A model generated the notes under the pieces. That model saw only the letters and a list, made by a program, of their open reading frames with translations, made no database searches and had not been told where the DNA came from. Of a stretch of DNA of 64,000 nt, positions 15,001 through 20,450 are shown one piece after another. The DNA lies in NCBI GenBank assembly GCA_965218785.1, contig OZ244650.1, forward strand, positions 928,001 to 992,000, given 5' to 3'. The stretch comes from Nitrosopumilus sp. (GTDB lineage Archaea; Thermoproteota; Nitrososphaeria; Nitrososphaerales; Nitrosopumilaceae). Both the position numbers and the translations under genes were made by a program. Every line of letters starts with the position of its first letter. Positions within the stretch are counted from its first letter, which is position 1.

Positions 15001-18000
15001 ATTTGATCTGGACGGCAATTATGTCAGCAAGTTTGGCAGTCCGGGCTCGGGCAACAACCAGTTCCAGTCCCCCCGGGGAATTGCGACAACCTCCATGCAC
15101 ATACTGGTTTCAGACACCCTCAACAACAGGGTGCAGGTATTTGATCTGGACGGCAGCTATCTCAGTCAGTTTGGCAGTCAAGGCACAGCCAACGGCCAGT
15201 TTAACCAACCCGGGGGAATTACCGCAAACTCCACGCACATACTGGTTACAGATTCCATTAATGCCCGAATACAGGTATTTGATCTGGATGGTGATTATCT
15301 CAACCGGTTTGGAGATATCGGCTCAGACAACGGTCTGCTTAACTTCCCCTCGGGAATCACAACAAACTCCACGCACATACTGGTTGCAGATACCCAGAAC
15401 CACAGGATACAGGTATTTGATCTGGACGGCAATTATGTCAGCAAGTTTGGCAGTCTCGGCTCAGATCCCGGTCAGTTTAGCGGTGTTCGAGGAATCACAA
15501 CAACTCCCACGCACATACTGGTTGCAGACACCTTCAACGACAGGATACATGTATTTGATCTGGACGGCAATTATCACAGCAAGTTTGGCCGTCTCGGCTC
15601 AGGTGACGGCCAGTTTGACAAACCACGAGGAATCACAACAAACTCCACGCACATACTGGTTGCAGACAGCAAGAACCACAGGATACAGATATTTGATCTT
15701 ACACCCACCGTGGTCATATCTTCTGTCACCCCTGATGGTGGCACGCACCGCACTGACACGGTATCCTATACTGCCACCTTCAGTGAGGCCGTGATGGACT
15801 TTACCATGGAAGATATCGCCGTATCTGGAACAGCAACATTCAGAGACACACCTGATGAAATATCAAACTTTGTAGAAACCGTTTCTGGCACCACATACAC
15901 CTTTGATGTGGCAACTACCGTTGGTGGTACAGTTACCGTATCAATCCCCCAACGTGTGGTAAGTGACACCGCAGGCAACGCAAACCAGCCATCCACTGCA
16001 TATGCCGTTACAGTAACCACATCTGAGAGCATTGTTACATCTGACTCTCCGGTCATAACTGACACCGCATCACTGAACATCTCCATTACCGCAACTGACA
16101 CACCTGCCATATCTGATGAATCAGACATCCAGACCATGGGTGCTCTTATCGAATCCGACTCTCCGGTCATAACTGACACCGCATCACTGAACATCTCCAT
16201 TACCGCAACTGACACCCCTGCCATATCTGATGGATCAGATATCCAGACCGTGGATGCCATCACAGTATCTGACTCTCCGGTCATAACTGACACCGCATCA
16301 CTGAACATCTCCATTACCGCAACTGATGCACCTGCCATATCTGATGAATCAGACATCCAGACCATGGGCACCCTTGTCCAATCCGACACTCCGGTCATAA
16401 CCGACTCTGCATCACTGAACATCTCCATTACCGCAACTGATGCACCTGCCATATCTGATGAATCAGACATCCAGACCATGGGCACCCTTGTCCAATCCGA
16501 CACTCCGGTCATAACCGACTCTGCATCACTGAACATCTCCATTACCGCAACTGATGCACCTGCCATATCTGACGAACCGGACATTTCTGACATCAATGCG
16601 CCAACCATAGTCGGCGTATCTGCAACATCTGATTCATACATGGAAGGTGAGACAATTGAGATCAGAGTAGCGTTTGACCAGTCAGTAACGGTATCTGTCG
16701 GTAGTACCCTGCAACTGTTACTGGATATTGGCACTACTAATACCGTGGCAGTCTATACCTCCGGCTCGCCTGGAGACGAACTGACATTCACATATACCGT
16801 TGCTGCAACACACAACACTGATGCTCTCAACTATGTCGGTACGGACTCGCTATCTATATCTGATGGAACCGTTACTGCCACTGCTGGCGATGCTACTGCA
16901 TATCTGAGACTTCCTGCCACCACTGATGCTGCATCACTTGGCGGCTCTGATGTAATAGTGGATACTGTGGCACCCACCGTGGTCATATCTGCTGCCACCG
17001 CTAATGGCGGTACCCACAGCACTAACACCGTATCATATACTGCCACCTTTACCGAGGATATGACAGGCTTTGATGTGGGAGACATCACCGTATCTGGAAC
17101 GGCATCAGGCGGTTCACCTACAGCATCAAATCTTGCAGGAAGCGGTGCCTCCTACACCTTTGAGGTGGCAACCACCGGTGATGGCACTGTCCTAGTAACC
17201 ATTCCTGCTGATGCGGCAACGGATGCGGCAGGCAACGGCAACATCGCATCTGCCACATACACCGTTACAGTCGATACCAGAACACCAACACCTGAACCCG
17301 CACCAGCACCTAGAAGGTCTGGCGGTGGCGGTGGCGGTGGCGGTGGCGGTGGCGGTGGCGGTGGCGGCGGTGGCGATAGCAGCGGCGGTAGAGGCTCACC
17401 CTACGACCTATCCTTTAGCTTTACATCCGACGGAGCAAACGCATTGACAGGTTCATCAAAAATAACAATCAAACCTGACGCACTACTTACAGTAACACCA
17501 CAGATAACGCCCTTTGATGCACGCCAGAACATCCTAAAGATGGAGATAATCATCTCGGATCATACGACACCGCAACAACCGGATGCCTTGATACAATACA
17601 TGTTAATTTCAAACATTCTCACACATGATGAATGCACAGGCAAGGAATATGCGTCAGACCGTCTTTATGTCTGTGATGCTTCCTCCATCATATCTGAGAC
17701 ACAGTTATCCTACACTGAATCCGGTGATCAAAACACAAAGCGTTTTGATAGTATGGTGATACCCTTTGAAGAAGAATTCTCAGGCAGTCTCACCATGTTC
17801 TTACAGGACAACCGTGGAATATCCCTCTCTTCACACGGTGACAAGACATATGGCATTGTTGTAACATCAGGTGATGATGATAAACCAAAGCCTGCAGAGA
17901 AAATGGATCCAGAACCAGTACCAACTGATCCAGAACCAGTACCAACTGATCCAGAACCCGTATCCAAGGATCCAGAACCTCCAACTGATCCAAAACCCGT

Positions 18001-18187
18001 ACCAATGAATCCAAAACCCGTACCAATGAATCCAGAACAACCAATGAATCCAAAACCCGTACCAATGAATCCAGAACAACCAATGAATCCAGAACCAATA
18101 CCCGACGATGGCATACTTGAACTGTTCATCAGATGGATTCAATCATCATTTGCAATCCCAATATCCTGGATCCAGAACAATCAATGA
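2..18187 (+). CDS. Giant modular cell-surface/adhesin-like protein 1 (5'-truncated by window edge, >6060 aa): Ig-like and SwmB-like domains, multiple beta-propellers incl. NHL, Cys-rich repeats, SDSP repeats, shared C-terminal cassette
   Basis: The frame of ORF 38..18187 is open back to position 2 (TAVDPGTSPPVIV), so the true start is upstream of the window. It has recurrent TFSExVTGFxxSDIxVxG..DAAGNxN Ig-like motifs, NHL-like PxGIATNSTHILVADxxNxRIQxFD repeats and a very acidic, S/T-rich composition. Confidence 0.9.
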   Translation, partial: TAVDPGTSPPVIVSAVANDATMIVLAASEPPEGTASVQYAVTADTPPTVVISSTTAFDETATNTGTLSYTAEFTEPVTGFDVSDIRVTGTASGGSPMASNFDGTSDRYTFEVKTTSDGTVLLSIPAGAAADAANNGNRASGIYVITVDTAIPEINSIVLTDSSTVVLVASEPLVDVPDTGTFQVSDNTVFGTSLSDRIITLTVNMPIKATGVIKVTYTGSNFADSAGNPLADFTDMSVINSISQVRIVHAALDENSGILEIRFSGTIQSDEVSPEKIHIIDSDSAANSVTLSDGELVGVDGTVVTFRLDEQNRQNVILFDVPTLSFDSVAMSFTDGKEFPQSTDTFRAVPVTSLPLEPFQSADDTIYSIPGVEIGNNGTKMFILELIGSVYFVEYDLATPFDISTASRVQSVYLGSGTDLHISPNGTKLFFAKATDPITTYTLSTPFNISTATLSDSAQFLSDNKYVSGIDMTPDGTMLFIYDDFADLVYQYDLVTPFDVSTAESNGTFLVPGDFTTPITALSVSDDGGHLFLLDVTQGMTRYALATPFDVTTAHSPETILPPVRFNYGIALYDDDTKMILTSDTDRSIHQFALSVYDLETTHAVMDIPVITSVFAAPGIYGIGDTVDITVRYSEDVRVTGIPKMGISIGDQIIQLDYSPAPPSSDLLFQYVVREGDNVNPLDHAGTELILPDDGAFLVSFEHGVETFNALPEPGSAASLATSNVVLDGVRPTPHQYPEISVDTITVQLTEQISLAGSPAFNFAIRGLESNPTVRSVSMSGTNATLTLSGPIMLHQAPTLSYVPSNVGSISDPAGNTLLGFTMPLSHQGSVDLVSLFMDEDNKWIEAKFDSIIDVSTIAPANMRIIPSGSADILLADDALLTVSDSDTIRLQLTDAQINTIRLATRTTLHFDSVAMHDVAGDPFPTPFHVVSPVNAGSVEFPAVGNPTGLAFSNDGRKIFLSDGGSHIISEYSLPVPFVLTQATFVSSLDVDSYAGDNYQVVFSDDGLKMFVSARFGGIVEHSLSAPFTLSTATFVRESAGIISDTTTASEGLTFSGDGSSMLVTTDRDGIVMGQFDLPVQFDLAAFNRGFLLDLSEDITSPVQVIISDDENRVLILDSSNDTVHTYNNQRPDIPFDIQNLIHAGTATLEGTDIDPRTMTFSGDGLDLFVGDVFGDGKVRQYSLATFELYVDPVCAGDQTVVGGVCVDPVCVGDQVLTGGVCVEPTCIGDQVLTGGMCVEPTCIGNQVLTGGMCVDPTCSASSILAAGICRDEVDDYLRLASFDPNSGTFSLTFEIVIDNDTIDPAKFQIREYDTVSGVTLSAAELVTSVDSRELIFTLTDTNRQTVSGYLRPTVFLETSAVTDANGNTFPTSSDISNAVELKILSLDTILGELPVFGDIEFSFDGNTLYIVERYNTIETREMRDQLSQFSLDAPFDVEDPTEMGTTSLEAQNRFLRDIELSNDGTSMFILDDENGIYEYSLSTPFDTSSPTHVRTFAAGASLQTPRGMDFSADGMDLFVIEARSDIVTHYSLTAPFDIRSPTEVSNYSIADRESKPLDVEISEDGREMFVLGSQANSVIQYGMSAPLDLSTVTYRHSLTPHPFDVLSRGIEFSPSGDRMYYLGDALNNLHQYSLNTFDIGVCEGSQTIVDGICMDPTCTGDQTIAGGMCVDPVCAGNQMVLDGVCMDPTCIGDQMTIGGMCVDPVCIGDQSVVEGMCMDPVCPANEHGIGGVCISIEIVLDSVTLNYSTGRMFMIFSDIIDHASITPAKIHIMGTGGDSEDIALSAAELVVSSDSSVVIFDLSDQNRQKVASFVNPAVHFDIHSLSSLDRKMFPVAFELSELSLADSVDIDDPDDPDRSALTLGDATFSNDGSTMFVTQTDDYKIYQYALSVPFDVGTSMLVSSFVFSNSLTPEAVDFDDDGTTMFVLQTDSGTATAGVYPYTLSTPFDISTIESPLVNPSGFSVSDQSSSATGLAFSGNGTGMFVVGTGDGKIYWYSLTAPFDISTPMFAGSSAAPFDGGVDITGLEFSDDGNTVFVADSDNDEIDLYALTAPFDISAPVYLRSLGISEDDTPADVYFSTDASALFVTGSQTDRVYRYDLSVSYDVPGCGEDSSCTGSSLDILSAVWRDPDESDTVLSDGDELSITFNQVTDMAGSQVLSKSVLDAIFEFGGTLGADYTGVWSDARTLVITVIDSTGGDAAVGDTISPFRGTAFIYSLDTAGGTAFFRPAEVATNSTGHIFVADLNNVQIFDPDGTYAGALDTAGGTAFSRLAGIATNSTGHIFVADDGLNLVRIFDPDGTYAGALDTAGGQTFRVPAAVAVGPDDRIYVSDTDASNVDKRDRRNVQIFDPDGTYAGRLATTVSTEFDTPLSVATNSTGYVFVADSGNDDIRIFHPDGRNIANIDATGQSGSSSPIAVATNSTGHIFVSFANVGAAADSIEIYTGSGVYIEDLPLRNVDFGRASGIAVNPDDRLIIVDSQNNEVYVFGHQIIYSDTGLQQFASDADTSGNFGILRPTVSVTSDVLPGATTALDTVGFTVVFSEEVTGFDALDIAVTGMAQAAVVPSSFDGAANPTFTFDVLATADGEMTVSVLPLAASATSSGNANLASNDYTITVNTSDPTVTISSSTRDGSVIPSNLVSYRVTFSEEVTGFDAENVAITGGAQAKVVLSSFDGTANPVFTFDVLVSADGVMTLSIPANVATAAATGRTNVASAEYTVTIITSNPTVTVSSVVDSGASTNLRQILYTVTFSEEVAGFTASDVVVTGSAGATVDGSSFFDALNPVFTFNVLATASGQVTVSIPSGAVNAAVSGNANTASAEHSITVDLTNPTVTVSSVVDNGASTNLRQIPYTVRFNEAVTGFAASDVAITGTAQAVVNESSFDGTANPSFTFDVTVSSDGQLTVSIPEGAANESDSGNPNIASAEHTITVDTSGPTATVSSVVDSGASTNLRQIPYTVIFGEAVTGFEASDVTVTGTATETGGFIVSHFTSVGGSVYTFDVEIISNGTVSVSVAGNEVVNLAGNGNTHSNTHTVTVDTVPVKILSAVWMDPDDLDFVLSDGDELSITFDHVTDMAGLSVLTKHEINSIFEFGGTLGANYTGVWSDDARTLVITVIDSTGADAEIGDTVSPFRGTTYIRSLDTTGGTAFSLPAGVATNSTGYSFVVDFTNRNVQIFDPDGTYAGLLYTAGTGEVPRLAGIATNSTGHIFVADDGLNLVRIFDPDGTYAGAVLDTAGGQTFREPAAVAVGPDDRIYVSDTDANNVDKRDRRNVQIFHPDGTYAGRLATTVVTEFDDPVSVATNSTGFVFVADAGNDNIRIFHPDGGVNIASIDTTGPNASSSLRAVLTNSTGHIFAAYSGGGGDNADIIQIYTGSGAYIGDLPSGDVGFGNVLGLAATGNDQLIISDAQADAVYVFGHQVLYSDTGLRQFASATDTSGNFGTQPVVTGISATDGIYTTGQVIAITMIFSESVTVSDKPQLFLETGDTDATAVYDSDSSSGTKLVFQYTVAAGDNSADLNYVDADPFTLNGGSIIANDRGRPASLQLPATTLDDSLAGSSDVVVDTMAPAVKSAATTGPTTIVVVADEPLEGTTTAGHFGVSANTVSEAPVISGRSIIITVDDAIVPGTPLTVTYMGGGITDVAGNALGTFTSQSVTNIVGTTAHTISQIGSVELQGNSYRHNLTHLTGSYYVSSHTAVTPNDDSSLWNYDTVLRLYSITDGDISLIGSTTIQVNTQDKTTQIHEFNTEPSSTAVIRVDDDTIIVSYVDGDSASKIATYNVDTGSAATTTTSPFTVHNTINLRSGTDGGQTHNHSMLALDANRMVVAYSYPDSSPAGYMQVITVNPSKNLIGGPLETVTPDNGQYISMAKLNDNTVVVTYRGESEMGFIRTFDISNSSAITAGTDYPIEDARTAYYSLVRVDDDTVAVAYSVIGDDTPTPDRHGRIKVFDVDASNVDIPGVGGPTYYNAAADAAFEEQVHLNSLALLDSDTLAIAYRGASGDGFVRLYGIDHMTGSLTITGEPFEHDQADGAFNSLVRVDENTLALVYGGDLPSVIQDSTATSSRIKTLSVVLQDTVPPTIESAVTTDANTIVLTASEPLAGTADATDFEVSGSNAIAGNPVISGSSITLRVGTAIVPGAAFTVEYSGTPITDAAGNILVTFDPMSVTNNVGAAIHTISQTRPVDLPNNGYRHNLIHLAGNYYVSSHTVTTHDVDVSVDFNAITTLRLYSITSENIRLIGSEIVRINNQPVNTPIHEFDTHPTSTAITRVDDDTIAISYVGATRTSNVRTYDVDTGSDSSSPFTHSSLVSFLSDDDGSQTHNHSLITLDANRLVLAYSYPDSSPAGYIRIITVDPDSGVLRAQPSTTITADQGQYPSLVRLDDDTVVLAYRGVSEKGFIQTFDVSADSDITAGTALEHEPARTAYNSLIRVDDDTVAVAYSTIGDAASTSDGQGIIKVFDVDAMGVVTAEGDRTLYYGAAADAAFEEQVHLNSLVLLDSDTMAITYRGADGDGFIRLYGIDHLTGSLTTDGGPFEHDPAYGAFNSLVRVDDQTLAMVYGGDMPGAILDSTATPNRIKTIAATAPDTTPPVIITATDTPAISDGSDIQTLGAITASDSPVLTDTASLNIPITATDTPAISDESDIQIMGAITVSDSPVLSDTASLNISITATDAPAISDESDIQTLGALIESDTPVITDSASLNIPITATDAPAISDEPDISDINAPTVVGVSATSNSYKEDDEIEIIVTFDQSVTVSGGTLQLLLDIGTTDNVAVYTSGSPGDELTFTYTVAATHNTDALNYVGTDSLSITGGGTVTATTAGDATAYLRLPATTDDASLGGSDVIVDTVAPTVTIVNDQTAADGDASTTRTLTYTATFSEPVEDFDAITDITVSGAATAADAAPAGSDDTYTFTVTAPADGTVVVSIPVGAASDMARNGNVASAPYTVTLDIAVPIAVFVNSLGSSSSGTDNGQFDTPYGVAVNSAQISVVEFGNSRVQTFDLDGNYVSKFGSPGSGNNQFQSPRGIATTSMHILVSDTLNNRVQVFDLDGSYLSQFGSQGTANGQFNQPGGITANSTHILVTDSINARIQVFDLDGDYLNRFGDIGSDNGLLNFPSGITTNSTHILVADTQNHRIQVFDLDGNYVSKFGSLGSDPGQFSGVRGITTTPTHILVADTFNDRIHVFDLDGNYHSKFGRLGSGDGQFDKPRGITTNSTHILVADSKNHRIQIFDLTPTVVISSVTPDGGTHRTDTVSYTATFSEAVMDFTMEDIAVSGTATFRDTPDEISNFVETVSGTTYTFDVATTVGGTVTVSIPQRVVSDTAGNANQPSTAYAVTVTTSESIVTSDSPVITDTASLNISITATDTPAISDESDIQTMGALIESDSPVITDTASLNISITATDTPAISDGSDIQTVDAITVSDSPVITDTASLNISITATDAPAISDESDIQTMGTLVQSDTPVITDSASLNISITATDAPAISDESDIQTMGTLVQSDTPVITDSASLNISITATDAPAISDEPDISDINAPTIVGVSATSDSYMEGETIEIRVAFDQSVTVSVGSTLQLLLDIGTTNTVAVYTSGSPGDELTFTYTVAATHNTDALNYVGTDSLSISDGTVTATAGDATAYLRLPATTDAASLGGSDVIVDTVAPTVVISAATANGGTHSTNTVSYTATFTEDMTGFDVGDITVSGTASGGSPTASNLAGSGASYTFEVATTGDGTVLVTIPADAATDAAGNGNIASATYTVTVDTRTPTPEPAPAPRRSGGGGGGGGGGGGGGGGGGDSSGGRGSPYDLSFSFTSDGANALTGSSKITIKPDALLTVTPQITPFDARQNILKMEIIISDHTTPQQPDALIQYMLISNILTHDECTGKEYASDRLYVCDASSIISETQLSYTESGDQNTKRFDSMVIPFEEEFSGSLTMFLQDNRGISLSSHGDKTYGIVVTSGDDDKPKPAEKMDPEPVPTDPEPVPTDPEPVSKDPEPPTDPKPVPMNPKPVPMNPEQPMNPKPVPMNPEQPMNPEPIPDDGILELFIRWIQSSFAIPISWIQNNQ
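3572..3811 (+). repeat. Five in-frame 48-bp Cys-rich repeats (VDPxCxGDQxxxGGxC)
   Basis: Read directly in DNA and translation. Confidence 0.9.
4916..5203 (+). repeat. Six in-frame 48-bp Cys-rich repeats (xDPxCxGDQxxxxGxC)
   Basis: Read directly; same unit as 3572..3811. Confidence 0.9.
13771..14170 (+). repeat. SDSP/TDTP acidic repeats, block 1 of giant protein 1 (114-bp, 38-aa higher-order unit)
   Basis: ITATDTPAISDESDIQTxGA + xxSDSPVxTDTASLNIx alternation. Confidence 0.85.
14900..15700 (+). repeat. Six NHL repeats (one 6-bladed beta-propeller) in giant protein 1
   Basis: Six F..PxGIxxNSTHILVxD..N.R.QxFDLDG units with ~138-bp period. Confidence 0.85.
16030..16590 (+). repeat. SDSP/TDTP acidic repeats, block 2 of giant protein 1
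   Basis: Near-identical 114-bp units; same unit as 13771..14170. Confidence 0.85.
17321..17374 (+). repeat. (GGCGGT)n poly-glycine linker (18 Gly)
   Basis: Seven perfect GGCGGT hexamers plus GGCGGCGGTGGC. Confidence 0.9.
17903..18102 (+). repeat. Pro/Glu-rich linker repeats (18-21 bp; DPEPVPT / MNPKPVP / MNPEQP)
   Basis: Read directly; equivalents near 36505-36655 and 55845-56015. Confidence 0.85.
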
Positions 18188-18538
18188 ACCTCGAACCAAA
18201 ACTCATGATGGCATATTTGAACAGATCATCAGATGATTCCCATAATCATTTGGATAAACACGTGTATCTTTTGCAGGAAGATGACGACTATATGATGCAG
18301 GACAATCTTATTTTGACGGATCATTGGGAACCCGCTATGTTTATCCTTTTGTTTTTTATTTTTAGGAATAATTTCAGTGTCTTGTCTGCAATTTACGGTA
18401 ATGTCTGCAACAAAACCTTGATCTTTCTTAACTAGTGTTGAACTGTTACCTTGATGTTTGTTTTGATTTGATTTATGGGCTTCTGGAAATCACCACATAT
18501 CATCATATCATATCTTGTTCTACTGACTTTGTCATCTG

Positions 18539-19285
18539 ATGAAGAACTATGATTTTACCGTACTTGGAGTCCTGGATGTTTTTGACTCGAGACATGCAGA
18601 CCTGTCTGGCATTTCGTCACCGCCTCTGTCTGTCTCAAAGACAGTACAGGCAGCACATGTCAAAATAGATGAAAAAGGTACCGAGCCAATAGTTCTACAT
18701 TACATTGCGTACATGACCCCTCTTTACCGGACACCCACCGTGCCATTAACTGTGGATCATCCGTTCATCTTCATAATCCAGCACGAGAAAAGCGGCGCAA
18801 TACTGTTCATGGGGAGGCTTTCAAACCCCGCCGCAGGCGCATTATGGGGCCTCCCAATAGACGGGTCTGAAAACAACCCCCCGGAATTTGAGACAAACCG
18901 CAGCCCCATCCGTCTTCCTGCAAACGGTGCCACATCATTTACAGAAACGGCATCAGACGCGGACGGTGATGATATTATATTTGACATAGACCGTGGTTCG
19001 CTGTCTCCTAATTACAATGGTGTCCTGGACACCGTTCCCATACTGTTGCCTTGTAATGTCATACAGATAACAGACCACGACAACGGCACTGCGACCATAT
19101 CCATCGACTTTTCGAACGTCATCGCCCCGCTCTATCATGAATATCCACAGTATTACCGATTCTGGCTCACCGCATCAGATGGAACAGACACAACACGTCA
19201 GGTGTACGCGGTGGTTGTGTGTCCGGATACCAAATATCCAGATCACAGTGAAAATATAATTGGAATACAATGTACGTATGATTAA
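18539..19285 (+). CDS. Serpin C-terminal half fused to an Ig/cadherin-like domain (N-terminally truncated; possibly a pseudogene)
   Basis: Serpin motifs LGVLDVF..ADLSGIS, VSKTVQAAHVKIDEKGTE and VDHPFIFIIQHEKSGAILFMGRLSNP, then NNPPEF..ASDADGDDIIF..DHDNGTATI..LTASDG. An in-frame stop at 18524 precludes a longer N-terminus. Confidence 0.75.
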   Translation: MKNYDFTVLGVLDVFDSRHADLSGISSPPLSVSKTVQAAHVKIDEKGTEPIVLHYIAYMTPLYRTPTVPLTVDHPFIFIIQHEKSGAILFMGRLSNPAAGALWGLPIDGSENNPPEFETNRSPIRLPANGATSFTETASDADGDDIIFDIDRGSLSPNYNGVLDTVPILLPCNVIQITDHDNGTATISIDFSNVIAPLYHEYPQYYRFWLTASDGTDTTRQVYAVVVCPDTKYPDHSENIIGIQCTYD

Positions 19286-19825
19286 AGGCGTAACTGAGGT
19301 CAAGTTCTGGAATCCGGCATTTTTCCGTCATTCTTTTTTTCATATATCTGTGATCGGTGCAGTCAAATAATCTGTTACAGTGCTTTGGATTCTAGGAGGA
19401 TTGCGCTTCGTACAATAGAGTGTTTTGTATTCTCCGTTCCAAGATGACAAAGTACAATATGGAAGATAATAATGCAACCTAACATCTTTTTTTATTTTAG
19501 ATTATTTTTTGGTTTTTGTGGTGCTATCATAATTGCAGCTGCTTTAATTTTTCTTAGTTATGAAATTTATCAGGATGGGTTTTTCTTGGATTAAACACGT
19601 TTGATATTTCAGAGAATTATATTACTTTTATCTTGTATTGTTTGTGTTTAATTCTGATTTGTTGATTTTGATTTTGTATAAAATGTATAAAAAAAGACAA
19701 TCCCCTAGGAATTACAATGTATTGAAATCCAAACTAATAAAATAAATTAACAATAAAAACTGCATCCTCTGAAAAAGTGTGATGTTCTGATCTACTTGAC
19801 ATGTTTGGAGAACCCCTCCGACTTG

Positions 19826-20450
19826 AAGATGGAGATAACCATCTTGGATTCTGCAACACTGCCACAACAGTATACCTTGGCTGTTTTGTAAGAATATGGT
19901 GAGATGATCTAATAATTCTTCTTCAAAAAGCATCACTATACTATCAAAACGCTTTGTGTTTTGATCACCGGATTCAATGTGGGATAACCGTGTCTCAGAT
20001 ATGATAAAGGAAGCATCACAGACATAAAGACGGTCTGACGCATATTCATTGCCGATCCATTCGTCATGTGTGAGAATGTTTAAAATTAACATGTATTGTA
20101 TTGAGGAATATCCCTCTCTTCATACAGTGATAAGACATGATACTGTTGTAACATCATGAGATGACAAATCCAAGTCTGTAGAAGATATGACTCCTGAACC
20201 ATTCCAATCGATCCTGAACCGGTTCCAATGAATCCTGAACTAACTACGATAAATATTGGACTAACTACGATAAATATTGGACTATCTACGATGAATGTTG
20301 GACTAACTACGATAAATATTGGACTAACTACGATAAATATTGGACTAACTACGATAAATATTGAACCGGTTCTAATGAATCCTGAATACACAGGTGATTA
20401 TAATACCTTTGAGAAGATCATGACTGGCTCCAGTCATTGTTTGGAATCCC
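19826..20450 (+). pseudogene. Decayed copy of the giant-protein C-terminal cassette, with an internal inversion at 19880..20101
   Basis: 19826-19879 matches 17537-17590 forward, 19880-20101 matches 17591-17812 in reverse complement, and 20102 onward matches 17813 onward forward, with stops and indels downstream. Confidence 0.85.
20239..20364 (+). repeat. Six tandem 21-bp repeats (ACTAACTACGATAAATATTGG)
   Basis: Four exact and two variant copies, at the position of the 21-bp Pro/Glu linker repeats of the relic. Confidence 0.9.

Noticed and set aside
17321-17374. GGCGGT tract as an on/off phase-variation switch
   Set aside because: The hexamer unit preserves frame, so slippage only alters linker length.
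18133-18435. 100-aa ORF overlapping the end of gene 1
   Set aside because: Largely the degenerate tail duplication plus AT-rich spacer; no protein-like motifs.
19712-20092. 126-aa minus-strand ORF as a real gene
   Set aside because: It is the inverted fragment of the dead cassette reading through into unrelated antisense sequence.
19826-20450. Relic as a DGR template repeat for the C-terminus of gene 1
   Set aside because: Mismatches are mostly C/T and G/A transitions, not adenine-specific; no reverse transcriptase in the window.
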